Shown: positions 56,162 to 64,000 of the stretch, one piece after another
Layout: every line of letters starts with the position of its first letter
Numbering within the stretch: position 1 is the first letter of the stretch
Origin: an uncultured Pseudomonadota bacterium
Lineage (GTDB): Bacteria; Oederibacteriota; Muellerivitia; Muellerivitales; Muellerivitaceae
Reading direction: 5' to 3'
Length of the DNA: 64,000 bases
Assembly: GCA_963843375.1 (NCBI GenBank)
Contig: CAWJKT010000004.1
Span: forward strand, 1-64,000
Made by a program: the position numbers and the translations under genes
The notes under the pieces: generated by a model
Seen by the model: only the letters and a program-made list of their open reading frames with translations
What the model was told of the DNA's origin: nothing
Database searches by the model: none

Positions 56162-56781
56162 AGAGCCAAGCCAAGCCCCGCCCCACTGATGGCGCAGCCA
56201 GTCTGGTGGATGCGCTGTTTTCGACAGTAAAGCAGCGCGTGCTGGGGCTGCTATTCGGCCAACCGGATCGCAGCTTCTATACCGGCGAACTCATCCACCT
56301 TGTCGATGCTGGATCCGGAGCGGTGCAGCGTGAGATTGCCCGCTTGGAAAAAAGCGGCCTTATCACCATGCGCCGCGTGGGAACTCAGAAGCACTACCAA
56401 GCGAATCCTGGTTCTCCACTTTTCGAAGAACTGCGAAGCATCACCCGCAAGACGGTGGGGCTTGCCGATCCACTGCGCGTTGCGTTGACCCCGCTGACGA
56501 AGCAGATCTCCGCCGCATTCGTCTATGGGTCAGTTGCAAAGCGTCGCGACGCCGCAGCCAGCGATATCGACTTGATGGTCTTGAGCGATAGCCTTGCGTA
56601 CAGTGAAATCTACAGCCTTCTTGAACCTGTAAGTGAACAACTGGGCCGCACCGTAAATCCGACGGTCTACAGCGCCGCGGATTGGTCCAAGCGCGCGCGA
56701 AACGGGAATGCCTTTGTGAGCCGAGTGCTGGCGCAACCCAAGCTATGGATCATCGGGTCCGAGAATGACCTCCCTCCTTGA
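56155..56781 (+). CDS. HTH + minimal nucleotidyltransferase (MNT) protein
   Basis: N-terminal winged HTH; FVYGSVAK..SDIDLMV. Confidence 0.88.
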   Translation: MGKSQAKPRPTDGAASLVDALFSTVKQRVLGLLFGQPDRSFYTGELIHLVDAGSGAVQREIARLEKSGLITMRRVGTQKHYQANPGSPLFEELRSITRKTVGLADPLRVALTPLTKQISAAFVYGSVAKRRDAAASDIDLMVLSDSLAYSEIYSLLEPVSEQLGRTVNPTVYSAADWSKRARNGNAFVSRVLAQPKLWIIGSENDLPP

Positions 56782-57187
56782 ACGGCTAACAGGTGCTGGA
56801 AAGCCCTGGGCGGCGGAGCCGCCGGACGCGAAGGAATTCGAGGGGCTCAAGCACTCAGCGCTCGCACGCTTGAAGGATGCGGCGAACCCAGTAAACGCGC
56901 TGGAGAGCCGCTTTGATCTCGCCTACAACGCCGCCCACGGACTGTGTTTGGCCGCACTCCGTCACAAAGGATTTCGGGCGCATCACCGTTACATCGTCTT
57001 TCAGGCGTTGCCACACGCTTTGGGATTAGGTCCGGAGGTCTGGCGCGTGCTCGACAAGAGTCATCAGATCCGCAATCTCGGAGAATATGAAGGCGATCTG
57101 AACATCGATGAGCGGCTTGTTGCCGATCTCATCACCGCGTGCCGTGTCGTCGCCGAAAAGGTCGAAGGTCTCCAACGCCCCCCGTGA
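56765..57187 (+). CDS. HEPN-like partner of MNT
   Basis: FDLAYNAAH, IRNLGEY (RNxxxY variant); overlaps MNT gene. Confidence 0.75.
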   Translation: MTSLLERLTGAGKPWAAEPPDAKEFEGLKHSALARLKDAANPVNALESRFDLAYNAAHGLCLAALRHKGFRAHHRYIVFQALPHALGLGPEVWRVLDKSHQIRNLGEYEGDLNIDERLVADLITACRVVAEKVEGLQRPP

Positions 57188-57232
57188 CTACTGAACTGAT
57201 CGCATCAGCCCTTCTCCGGTCGACAAGCTAAT

Positions 57233-57267
57233 GTTCCCTGCTCTCGGACGGCGGGGGCGGCTCATCC
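57233..57267 (+). repeat. Site B copy 3
   Basis: GTTCCCTGCT-CTCGGAC-GGCGGGGGCGGCTCATCC. Confidence 0.8.
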
Positions 57268-57337
57268 AAGGATGCCTCCTTTTCGGTGCTTGCCGGTGCC
57301 TGCTCTGGATATCTTGGCAGATTGCCGGCGATGGGTG

Positions 57338-58228
57338 TCATGGTGCTCTCAGCAGCGTCGGGGTGTTACGCGCACGCATCAGCTGCTCGACGTTCGGCGC
57401 GTTCAAGCCGTCGGACCGGCCTTTGAAATAGGTCCGTTGTGCAAGTTCCGGCGAAAAGTGCTCCGTCTCGGCAAAGCCGGCGGTGCGCAACATGGCCGCC
57501 ATCTCCTCGGGCGTGAAGAAGGTGGCAAAGTGGGCGCCGGTCGCGGTGGAGATTCGCTTGCCTGTCTCGATCATTTCGGGCGACGGCGGGACGAATGTCA
57601 GTACAAGCTCTGAGCCGGGTGCGAGGTGTGCGGCCCAATTCAACGTCGCGTCGATCGCTTCGCGCGTCAAATACTGGGTGACGCCGAGCCAAGACAGGAA
57701 CGCCCTCTCATCGGACCGAAACTTTGCGCCCGCAAGCGCAGTCTCAATCGACGTAGTCTCGAAGTCGCAAGCCGCGAAGCGTAGGTTCTTGGGCGCCTTG
57801 ATCCCGAGTTCGGCAAGGCGCTTACGCTTCCACTCTTGTGCGCGCGCGGTATCCACCTCGAAAACAGTAAGGTTGAGTGGAGTCGCCGCATGCCGAAGCG
57901 CAAAACTGTCGAGGCCGGCGCCGAGAATTACCTATTGCCTGATTCCGCGCTCGCGGGCGGCCTCGAGACAATCTTCCGTATAGCGGCTCCTAAGGGCCCA
58001 TGCGGCCGAGATGGCCTTGTTTCGGGTCGGCACTGGTACTCCAGGCATGGGCCCGCGTACGATGCCCTCGGTGACGCCCAACAATCGCGCGGCGAAATCG
58101 TCCTTGAATACCTTGGGTTCACCGTCCACTAATAGGTGACGGGCGCGCATGAGCGCTGCACCGACCGCCGTCATGTCAACGCCCTCGGGCGGCGACCAAA
58201 TGGGTTGCTCCATGTGCGTGAACATCAA
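57338..58228 (-). pseudogene. Class I SAM methyltransferase (LCM-like) with one in-frame TAG at 57932-57934
   Basis: RGIRQ*VILGAGLDSFA, SWLGVTQYL; both ORFs are in the same frame. Confidence 0.8.
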
Positions 58229-58271
58229 TAACTGCCCCAGTGAGCCAGCTGCTTCGCCTCGATGCGGGGAC

Positions 58272-58784
58272 TCAGCGCGTGCGCGCGATGACTTCGCGGA
58301 AACGAACCTCCTCCAGGCGCATCAGCGCATTGAGGCCGGGCATCCCCTCGGGGCCGAAGGTTCGCAGGTACGCCGGTAACAGCTGCGGCGTGGTGAACTC
58401 GACGAGCTGCGTTCCTTCGAGCCAAACGTTGATCACTTCGAACTGGCCATTGTCGCAGTGCCCGCTCGGCCAGCCTTCGCGGCGCGCGATTTCGTGGATG
58501 TGTTCCTCGGGCAGTTTGGCCATGAAGAGCCCATGGAAGCCGTTGCGCTCCGGTGCCGACTCCGCGTGCGGCATTTCCGTGTAAGCACCTGGGCCCGGCG
58601 CGTATGTGATGCCCCACGGCTCGAGCGAGATCATGGTGCCACGATCGTCGCCGCAACAAACGAAGAGCGCGCCTTTGTTGAACGGCGGAGATGGAGCCGC
58701 GACGACGATGGCGTCCAAGATCTTTGCCAAGACACGGGCCACGCGCTCGGGATCGTGTGCATTGAATGAAAGGTGATATAGCAT
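58272..58784 (-). CDS. VOC/glyoxalase-like protein
   Basis: HLSFNAHDPERVARVLA, IARREGW, FEVINVWLEG..LVEF. Confidence 0.65.
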   Translation of the reverse strand: MLYHLSFNAHDPERVARVLAKILDAIVVAAPSPPFNKGALFVCCGDDRGTMISLEPWGITYAPGPGAYTEMPHAESAPERNGFHGLFMAKLPEEHIHEIARREGWPSGHCDNGQFEVINVWLEGTQLVEFTTPQLLPAYLRTFGPEGMPGLNALMRLEEVRFREVIARTR

Positions 58785-58809
58785 CTCTTTCTCCCTGCTC
58801 GTTGCAGCC

Positions 58810-59433
58810 TCAGCGTATCTTCTGCGTCCGGCGGCGGAGGCCTTCGGCGAGCGCCGAGAGAGCCTGCTCGACGACAGCCGAGGCCTCGGCGGCATCCATC
58901 CCCCAGAACGTGCGCAGCATCTGCCACGAGGGAGCCGAATAGAGGACCTGCGCCGCGGCGGCGGCACGGTGCAAGATGCGCGCATCAAGCCCGGGCACGG
59001 CAGCGTCGACGCAGCGGAGCATCATCTTGCGGCGTGCGTCGTTCCCGCGCAGGCGCAGCCGCATACCCTGGCGCGACGACAACATCGCATCCACCATCGC
59101 AGTATTTGCCTCGAATCCGGCAAAGGACCTCTTCATGTTTGCCACGAGCTCAGCAAGCGTCTGCGCGTCGAACGTGCCCGGACCGGAGACGTGCTCCTCG
59201 TGCGACCACCAGAAGGCGTCCTCCAGATCCTCCTTCGTCGCGAAGTTGCGGTAGACCGTCCGCTCTTGTACCCCTGCGGCGTGCGCGACCGCGGCGAACG
59301 TGAGCTCCTTCCCCACGGCCACGAGATCGCTGCATGCGTCGAGAATGCGCTCCCTCGTGTCGGAGCGCTGCTGGTCGCGAAGCGGCGAGTGATAACTGCG
59401 CTTAACGGCGGCCCTAGCGCGCTTCGAATTCAT
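58810..59433 (-). CDS. TetR/AcrR family regulator
   Basis: RSYHSPLR..TRERILDA..AVAHAAGVQERTVYRNFATKEDL. Confidence 0.9.
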   Translation of the reverse strand: MNSKRARAAVKRSYHSPLRDQQRSDTRERILDACSDLVAVGKELTFAAVAHAAGVQERTVYRNFATKEDLEDAFWWSHEEHVSGPGTFDAQTLAELVANMKRSFAGFEANTAMVDAMLSSRQGMRLRLRGNDARRKMMLRCVDAAVPGLDARILHRAAAAAQVLYSAPSWQMLRTFWGMDAAEASAVVEQALSALAEGLRRRTQKIR

Positions 59434-59757
59434 GGCAGTAATAATGACATGAATTGGAGTGACAGGCAAGCGTGCGCTGCGTAGTCCTTCGCAGTTCGAG
59501 TGATCGACTGTGACCAACGTCCATTGCTTCTGGCCGAAGGTCGCCGTTTCAGGTCTACCGTTGGAACGACGCAAAGGTTGACTGAGAGTCGACCGGTAGC
59601 AGCCATCCTTGCCATTCGGCCCAGGCCCAACCGAATGACGGATTTCGGAAGACCCATCTGACAGCAGGCCGCCACCTTAAGGCCCGCCACCGAGGTCCTG
59701 GCCCTTTCCCTTCAAACAGTCTATTTAAACCCAACCGTGGTTAGGTTATTATAGTCT

Positions 59758-60006
59758 TTGCCAACGGTTCTTCGCTTCGGCCGTGTTCGAGTCATGATCT
59801 ACACGAACGATCATCGTCCCGCGCATGTCCACGTTTGGGAGGGCTCACGGCAGGCGGTGTTCAATTTGAACTGTCCAAGCGGACCGATCGAACTGCGGGA
59901 GAACTTTGGGTTTTCCTGGCCGGATGTAAACCGCTTGGCCAGATCGCTGAAAGTCCACGTGCAAACGTTGTGTGCAGCCTGGAGGACGATTCATGGCAAT
60001 TACTAA
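59758..60006 (+). CDS. DUF4160 family protein
   Basis: MPTVLR..IYTNDHRPAHVHV. Confidence 0.85.
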   Translation: MPTVLRFGRVRVMIYTNDHRPAHVHVWEGSRQAVFNLNCPSGPIELRENFGFSWPDVNRLARSLKVHVQTLCAAWRTIHGNY

Positions 60007-60406
60007 GGAGCAATTTAAGGCGGCAAACGAGCGCGGTGCGGCGGCGATCAGTCGCGGACCGATTGCGCGAGCGGCTCGCTATGATTCACGACGTGGTCTG
60101 ATCGTGATTACGCTCAACGGCGGTTGCGAGTTTGCCTTCCCGGTGGCGCTGGCCGAAGGGCTGGCAGGCGCGCCCCGATCCAAGTTGACGAAAATCAAGA
60201 TTAGCCCGAACGGGCTAGGTCTGCGTTGGCCGCTGCTGGATGCGGATTTGTATGTGCCAGGGCTCATAGAAGGCGCCTTCGGTTCACATCGGTGGATGCA
60301 ACAGATCGGCAAACTCGGTGGTGCGAGCCGCAGTTCGATCAAGGCGAAAGCTTCTCGCGAAAACGGGAAGCGCGGCGGGCGTCCCAAAGAAGGAGTAGCC
60401 GCTTAG
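59993..60406 (+). CDS. DUF2442 family protein
   Basis: GLRWPLLDADLYVPGL, KAKASRENGKRGGRPK. Confidence 0.85.
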   Translation: MAITKEQFKAANERGAAAISRGPIARAARYDSRRGLIVITLNGGCEFAFPVALAEGLAGAPRSKLTKIKISPNGLGLRWPLLDADLYVPGLIEGAFGSHRWMQQIGKLGGASRSSIKAKASRENGKRGGRPKEGVAA

Positions 60407-60515
60407 CGCATCGATTGGAATGAAACGCGCCCGTATGTCCTGCCCGTCAGCTTTGGAGCCATTTCCCAGCAGCCATAGTGGGTCACAACCGGTCCACGAG
60501 ATTTCGCGGGTCTTC

Positions 60516-60688
60516 TGGGACAATCTGGGACAGTCAGCCCATGACGCCGAATGACACAGAATTACGACGCGTGACGCCAAGTGACTGTTGCGAATGGCCC
60601 GCGCCCCTCGCATATCGTTGATCTGTAAGGCCCTGACAACCGTTTCACACGGCAGGGGTCACAGGTTCAAGCCCGGTACCGCCCACCA
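60516..60688 (+). repeat. att junction copy 5 (tRNA part 60643-60688, one mismatch), followed by an IHF consensus at 60689-60701
   Basis: Direct sequence comparison; TATCAACCGCTTA matches WATCAANNNNTTR. Confidence 0.95.
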
Positions 60689-60780
60689 TATCAACCGCTT
60701 ACGGTCTGCGTTGCCGGTGCCTTGCTTCAAGGGTCGTCGCGCTCTTGCTACGATGTGCTACAAGTGCTACCGTCGCGGCC

Positions 60781-61032
60781 ATGAAGAGCAGAGTCATCAC
60801 ACAGCGGGAGCTTCGCAATCAATCCGCAGCTGTGCTTCGCGAGGTGGAAGCGGGCCGAACGATTGTCGTGACACGCAACGGTACGCCCGTCGGGGAATTG
60901 CGGCCGATCCGCAGGCACCGCTTTGTGGCTCGCGCCGCCATTGCTGACGCAGCAGCGCGCGCACCTCGGATTGACGCCGGTCGCTTTCGTGCAGACTTGG
61001 ACGCAGTGATCAATCCGCATGTCGATGACTGA
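60781..61032 (+). CDS. Phd/YefM family antitoxin
   Basis: ITQRELRN..VLREVEAG..VVTRNGTPV; TGCTAC repeats upstream. Confidence 0.9.
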   Translation: MKSRVITQRELRNQSAAVLREVEAGRTIVVTRNGTPVGELRPIRRHRFVARAAIADAAARAPRIDAGRFRADLDAVINPHVDD

Positions 61033-61426
61033 ACCGACTCGCGGCGTTCTCGATACTTCAGTCGTGATCGATCACGATGCAATCGATCCCAGTCTGCTAC
61101 CGGACGAATCGGCGATTTCCGCCGTAACACTCGCAGAACTCGCCGCTGGTCCCCACGCTACCGAAAACAAGGATGAACGAGCTCGACGCCAGGACCGATT
61201 GCAGTGGGCTACTGCAACTTGGGATCCGCTGCCATTTGATGCGGAATCGGCTCGCATGTACGGCAGGATGTTCGCGGCTGCGCGAGCCGCAGGCCAGTCA
61301 AGCCGTACGCGCCTTGCAGACTTGCTCATTGCTTCCACAGCCGCTGCCAATGGACTGCCGGTTTACACGCGCAACCCTTCGGATTTTGAGGCGCTGAAGC
61401 GCATCCTGAAGATCATCAGCATCTAG
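61025..61426 (+). CDS. vapC: VapC / PIN-domain toxin
   Basis: VLDTSVVI, TLAEL, DLLIASTA, YTRNPSDF. Confidence 0.92.
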   Translation: MTEPTRGVLDTSVVIDHDAIDPSLLPDESAISAVTLAELAAGPHATENKDERARRQDRLQWATATWDPLPFDAESARMYGRMFAAARAAGQSSRTRLADLLIASTAAANGLPVYTRNPSDFEALKRILKIISI

Positions 61427-61441
61427 AGCGAATCGCCCTCC

Positions 61442-61476
61442 AAGCCCTGCTCTCGGACGGCAGAGTTGGCTCACCG
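61442..61476 (+). repeat. Site B copy 4
   Basis: AAGCCCTGCT-CTCGGAC-GGCAGAGTTGGCTCACCG. Confidence 0.8.
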
Positions 61477-61917
61477 ACGCACGTGGGATCGCTAGTGGCA
61501 ACCGGGCGAGAACGGCCAACGGCGGAGCGTTTTGTAAAGCGGCAGCGGTAAGACAATTAGCGGCTCGAAGACGGCCACGGGAACTGCGGCGAACACGCCC
61601 TGCAATTGCGCCGGCGAGAGGTGACCGGCATGCGCAAATGCCTTGTGGCGAATTGTCACAAACTTCTGCTCGCCCTTCATGGCAGTTTCCACCAACTGCG
61701 CCAAAGCGGCATCGACGAAGGACGCCATCTGCGCGCCTTAATGCGCGAGGCCGACGGGCGCATCGCCGTGCAGATGGCTCTGCCGAGCGGGACCTATCTG
61801 GAATTCACGGGAACTCGCGGCGGATCAATAGTTATCTCAAACCATAAGGACTTTTCTAATTTGATACTAATCTGGCATTGTTATTGTTGCGAAAATTGAC
61901 GGTCACTGAGAGCCCTT

Positions 61918-62631
61918 ATGGACGCGAATCGCGCACTGAAATTCCTTGCAATTGTGCTGCTTGTACAATTTCCGTGTCTCGCGCAGGCACAATGGTCCGA
62001 TAGGTCAGCCAATTTCGCGTTCGCGGCAGGCTACAGCGGAACGGTGGGTAGCACCTCAACCTACCTTGACGGCGGTTTCGTGCTCGGTGGCGCAGTAGAG
62101 CTGTCGCCCGAGTTGCTGAATCCGTTTGTGTTCCGCTTCAATCTTAACTACAGCCAGTACAACGCGACCATCGGTTATCTCAATCAGGCGGCGCAGACAC
62201 TGAGTCAGGAGGTAGATTCTGGAACGGGAAGCGTCGTTTCCGGAACCGCCAATATCCTGTATCGCATCCCCATCGCGTATGGCATACGCGCCTATGGTCT
62301 TGCCGGCATTGGAGCGTATTACACGCGCATCGAGCTTGATCAGGCGTTACCGTTCAACGGCGGCTACGGTTGTGGTTATGGCTGTGGATACGGGTACGGA
62401 TATGGATACGGGTACGGCTACGGCTACGGCTACGGCTACGGATATGGATATGGTTATTCCGAGGCGCAGGTCGCGGCTCACGGCGTGACGAATTTCGGCT
62501 GGGACGCGGGAATTGGCGTGGAGTTCGCGCTTCCCGACCGTCGGTCCTGGTTCATTGAGGGGCGCTATGAGCACATCAACGCGCAGGGCCCGCTTTCCTA
62601 TGTGCCAATAGAGGTGGGCTTTCGCTTCTAA
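61918..62631 (+). CDS. Outer-membrane beta-barrel (OmpA-like 8-strand) with Gly-Tyr repeat loop
   Basis: Signal peptide, YGLAGIG, GWDAGIGVEF, C-terminal GFRF. Confidence 0.8.
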   Translation: MDANRALKFLAIVLLVQFPCLAQAQWSDRSANFAFAAGYSGTVGSTSTYLDGGFVLGGAVELSPELLNPFVFRFNLNYSQYNATIGYLNQAAQTLSQEVDSGTGSVVSGTANILYRIPIAYGIRAYGLAGIGAYYTRIELDQALPFNGGYGCGYGCGYGYGYGYGYGYGYGYGYGYGYGYSEAQVAAHGVTNFGWDAGIGVEFALPDRRSWFIEGRYEHINAQGPLSYVPIEVGFRF

Positions 62632-62636
62632 GAGCC

Positions 62637-64000
62637 GTGGCAAGCTCAGTGAGACTGCTGCTTTGCGCATGGCTGCTCCTTCTCGATGGCTGCGGAGGCT
62701 CGGGCACGCCGACACCTCCTCCCTCGGCCGCAGATAGCGGCAATAGCGTCCCGGTTCCGACGAGCATGGGCGCGATCACGATGGCGCCTCAGTACGCGGC
62801 CCTCGGCAATGCACAGCAGCAGCGCTTCATTGCCGCTGGGAGTGCCGGATCGGTGACCTGGTCAGTCAACGGGATCGCAGGTGGCAATGCCAATGTCGGG
62901 ACTATTGATGGCGCGGGCGTCTATGTCGCCCCCCAAATTGCGCAAAGCATCAATGTGGTAATACGGGTGGCGGCGTCCGCAACACCCCAGACCCAGTTCG
63001 CCACGGCCGTCGTTGCGCTGATCGCACCGGGCAAAGTTACGCAAACCGCCAATCCGCAGGTGGCGAATTTCCAGATTAATTTGCCCCAGGCCGGCACGGT
63101 GACGGTCCAGTTCGGCACTGATACCACCTACGGCCTTAAGACCTGGGCACAAGGAACCGACGCCGCCAGCGCTCAGGGAGGTCCGGTTGCAATCCAGGTC
63201 GCCGGCATGCGGGGCAGTACCAGCTACCATCTGCAGGGCATTGTTGCATTGGCAAATGGCGCGACCTATCAGGATGCGGATCAAACCTTCACAACCGGCA
63301 CGCCGATTCCAACACCCTCTCTGACGATCACGAATCCAAACAATCTGCGGCCGCAGGCAGGCGTTGAGCTTTTCGATGCCGTGCTATTCGGTTCGACGCA
63401 CTACGATCCGTCCCTGGCACAGGCTTTTGTGACTGACCTGCAGGGCAATGTGCTGTGGACCTATCGGTACCAGGGCACCCCGGCAAATGTCATCACACCT
63501 ATCAAGCTTCTTCCCAACGGCCACTTCCTTCTGAACTTGACTGTAACGACGCCCGCGAATGGTCCCGCGATCCCCGCAGGAACCTTGAATGAGCTGCGGG
63601 AAGTGGATCTAGCGGGCACGACCATCCGCGAGCTGACAGTCGGTGCATTCAACCAATCGTTGGCTGCTGCGGGCTTCACGGGCATTCAGCTCTTTGCATT
63701 CAGCCATGACGTACTCGCGCTGCCGAACGGTCATTACGTGCTGCTGGCAGCCGTGGCAAGAGAGGTCAGTGGGGTGGTGGGATACTCCGGTACCGTCAAT
63801 GTCGCCGGGGATGTGATCATCGACGTTGACAGCAACTTCAAGCCCGACTGGGTCTGGAGCACCTTTGACCACCTGGACATCAACCGCCATCCGTTCCAGT
63901 TTCCGGATTGGACTCACAGCGACGCCATGCTGTACTCCCCGGATGACCACGCGCTGCTGCTGTCGGTTCGGAATCAGAACTGGATCATCAAGATTGATTT
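62637..64000 (+). CDS. Aryl-sulfate sulfotransferase-like lipoprotein with N-terminal Ig-like domain, runs off window
   Basis: Hand translation: VTWSVNGIAGGNANVGTI, FSHDVLALPNGH, WVWSTFDHLD, DWTHSDA, LLLSVRNQNWIIKID. Confidence 0.8.
   Translation, partial: MASSVRLLLCAWLLLLDGCGGSGTPTPPPSAADSGNSVPVPTSMGAITMAPQYAALGNAQQQRFIAAGSAGSVTWSVNGIAGGNANVGTIDGAGVYVAPQIAQSINVVIRVAASATPQTQFATAVVALIAPGKVTQTANPQVANFQINLPQAGTVTVQFGTDTTYGLKTWAQGTDAASAQGGPVAIQVAGMRGSTSYHLQGIVALANGATYQDADQTFTTGTPIPTPSLTITNPNNLRPQAGVELFDAVLFGSTHYDPSLAQAFVTDLQGNVLWTYRYQGTPANVITPIKLLPNGHFLLNLTVTTPANGPAIPAGTLNELREVDLAGTTIRELTVGAFNQSLAAAGFTGIQLFAFSHDVLALPNGHYVLLAAVAREVSGVVGYSGTVNVAGDVIIDVDSNFKPDWVWSTFDHLDINRHPFQFPDWTHSDAMLYSPDDHALLLSVRNQNWIIKID

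Larger units (their letters stand above)
32865..61476. mobile_element. Composite island / tandem cassette array at tRNA-Val
   Basis: Six direct copies of tRNA 3' 46 bp (32865, 48051, 51090, 52948, 56000, 60643), integrase next to tRNA, TA-rich cargo; right boundary uncertain. Confidence 0.9.

Noticed and set aside
47925..60688. Junction repeats as a CRISPR array
   Set aside because: Repeats are ~172 bp, separated by gene-containing kilobases, and no cas genes are present.
48051..60688. Five extra functional tRNA-Val genes
   Set aside because: Only the 3' 46 bp are present; no 5' acceptor strand or D arm upstream.
50844..60947. Recurring short ORFs containing TIWDSQ..TPND or TVSHGRGHRFKPCTAHH
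   Set aside because: Translations of the non-coding junction repeat with inconsistent starts, stops and frames between copies.
43604..61476. Site B as a tRNA-Pro(CGG) fragment or intrinsic terminator
   Set aside because: No T arm or CCA follows, position 37 is A rather than the G typical of Pro tRNAs, there is no U tract after the stem, and stem pairing is not conserved.
33056..61476. A DNA-inverting shufflon, given the Rci-like recombinase
   Set aside because: All att and B sites found are in direct orientation and no variable gene 3' ends are evident; excision or exchange fits better.

Overview
High-GC proteobacterial chromosome segment with two halves. 1-32.8 kb is host backbone: a surface-polysaccharide and sugar-nucleotide cluster (glycosyltransferase, pyruvyl transferase, rfbC/rfbF/rfbB, two wcaJ-type priming transferases, export beta-barrel), a cytochrome c-PQQ dehydrogenase fusion, glmS, a NitT/TauT ABC transporter, a large secreted beta-helix lipoprotein, an ECF sigma/anti-sigma/DUF4252 trio, gltX and three tRNAs (Glu-TTC, Ala-GGC, Val-CAC). 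Several backbone genes, including the normally essential glmS and gltX, are broken by 1-bp indels, which most likely reflects read or assembly error. 32.9-61.5 kb is the striking part: a cassette-like array anchored at tRNA-Val(CAC). One integrative mobilisable element (Rci/HP1-type tyrosine integrase, AlpA/Xis-like HTH, MOBP relaxase, mobC, oriT) is followed by four integrase-less 1.9-4.6 kb units and the start of a fifth. The units are separated by five copies of a 171-173 bp junction: paired TGGGACA arm sites, five phased 10-bp TGAC repeats, then the 3' 46 bp of the tRNA starting at the anticodon loop. Almost every unit carries a different toxin-antitoxin pair. A second ~35 bp site occurs four times; it has the same flanks as the tRNA anticodon arm (CTGCT...GGCAG) but a different invariant 7-bp centre (CTCGGAC), and it usually separates the TA pair from the cargo. 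Together these suggest an integron-like, two-site-class cassette system driven by a single tRNA-targeting integrase. All family calls are by motif recognition only; no searches were run.
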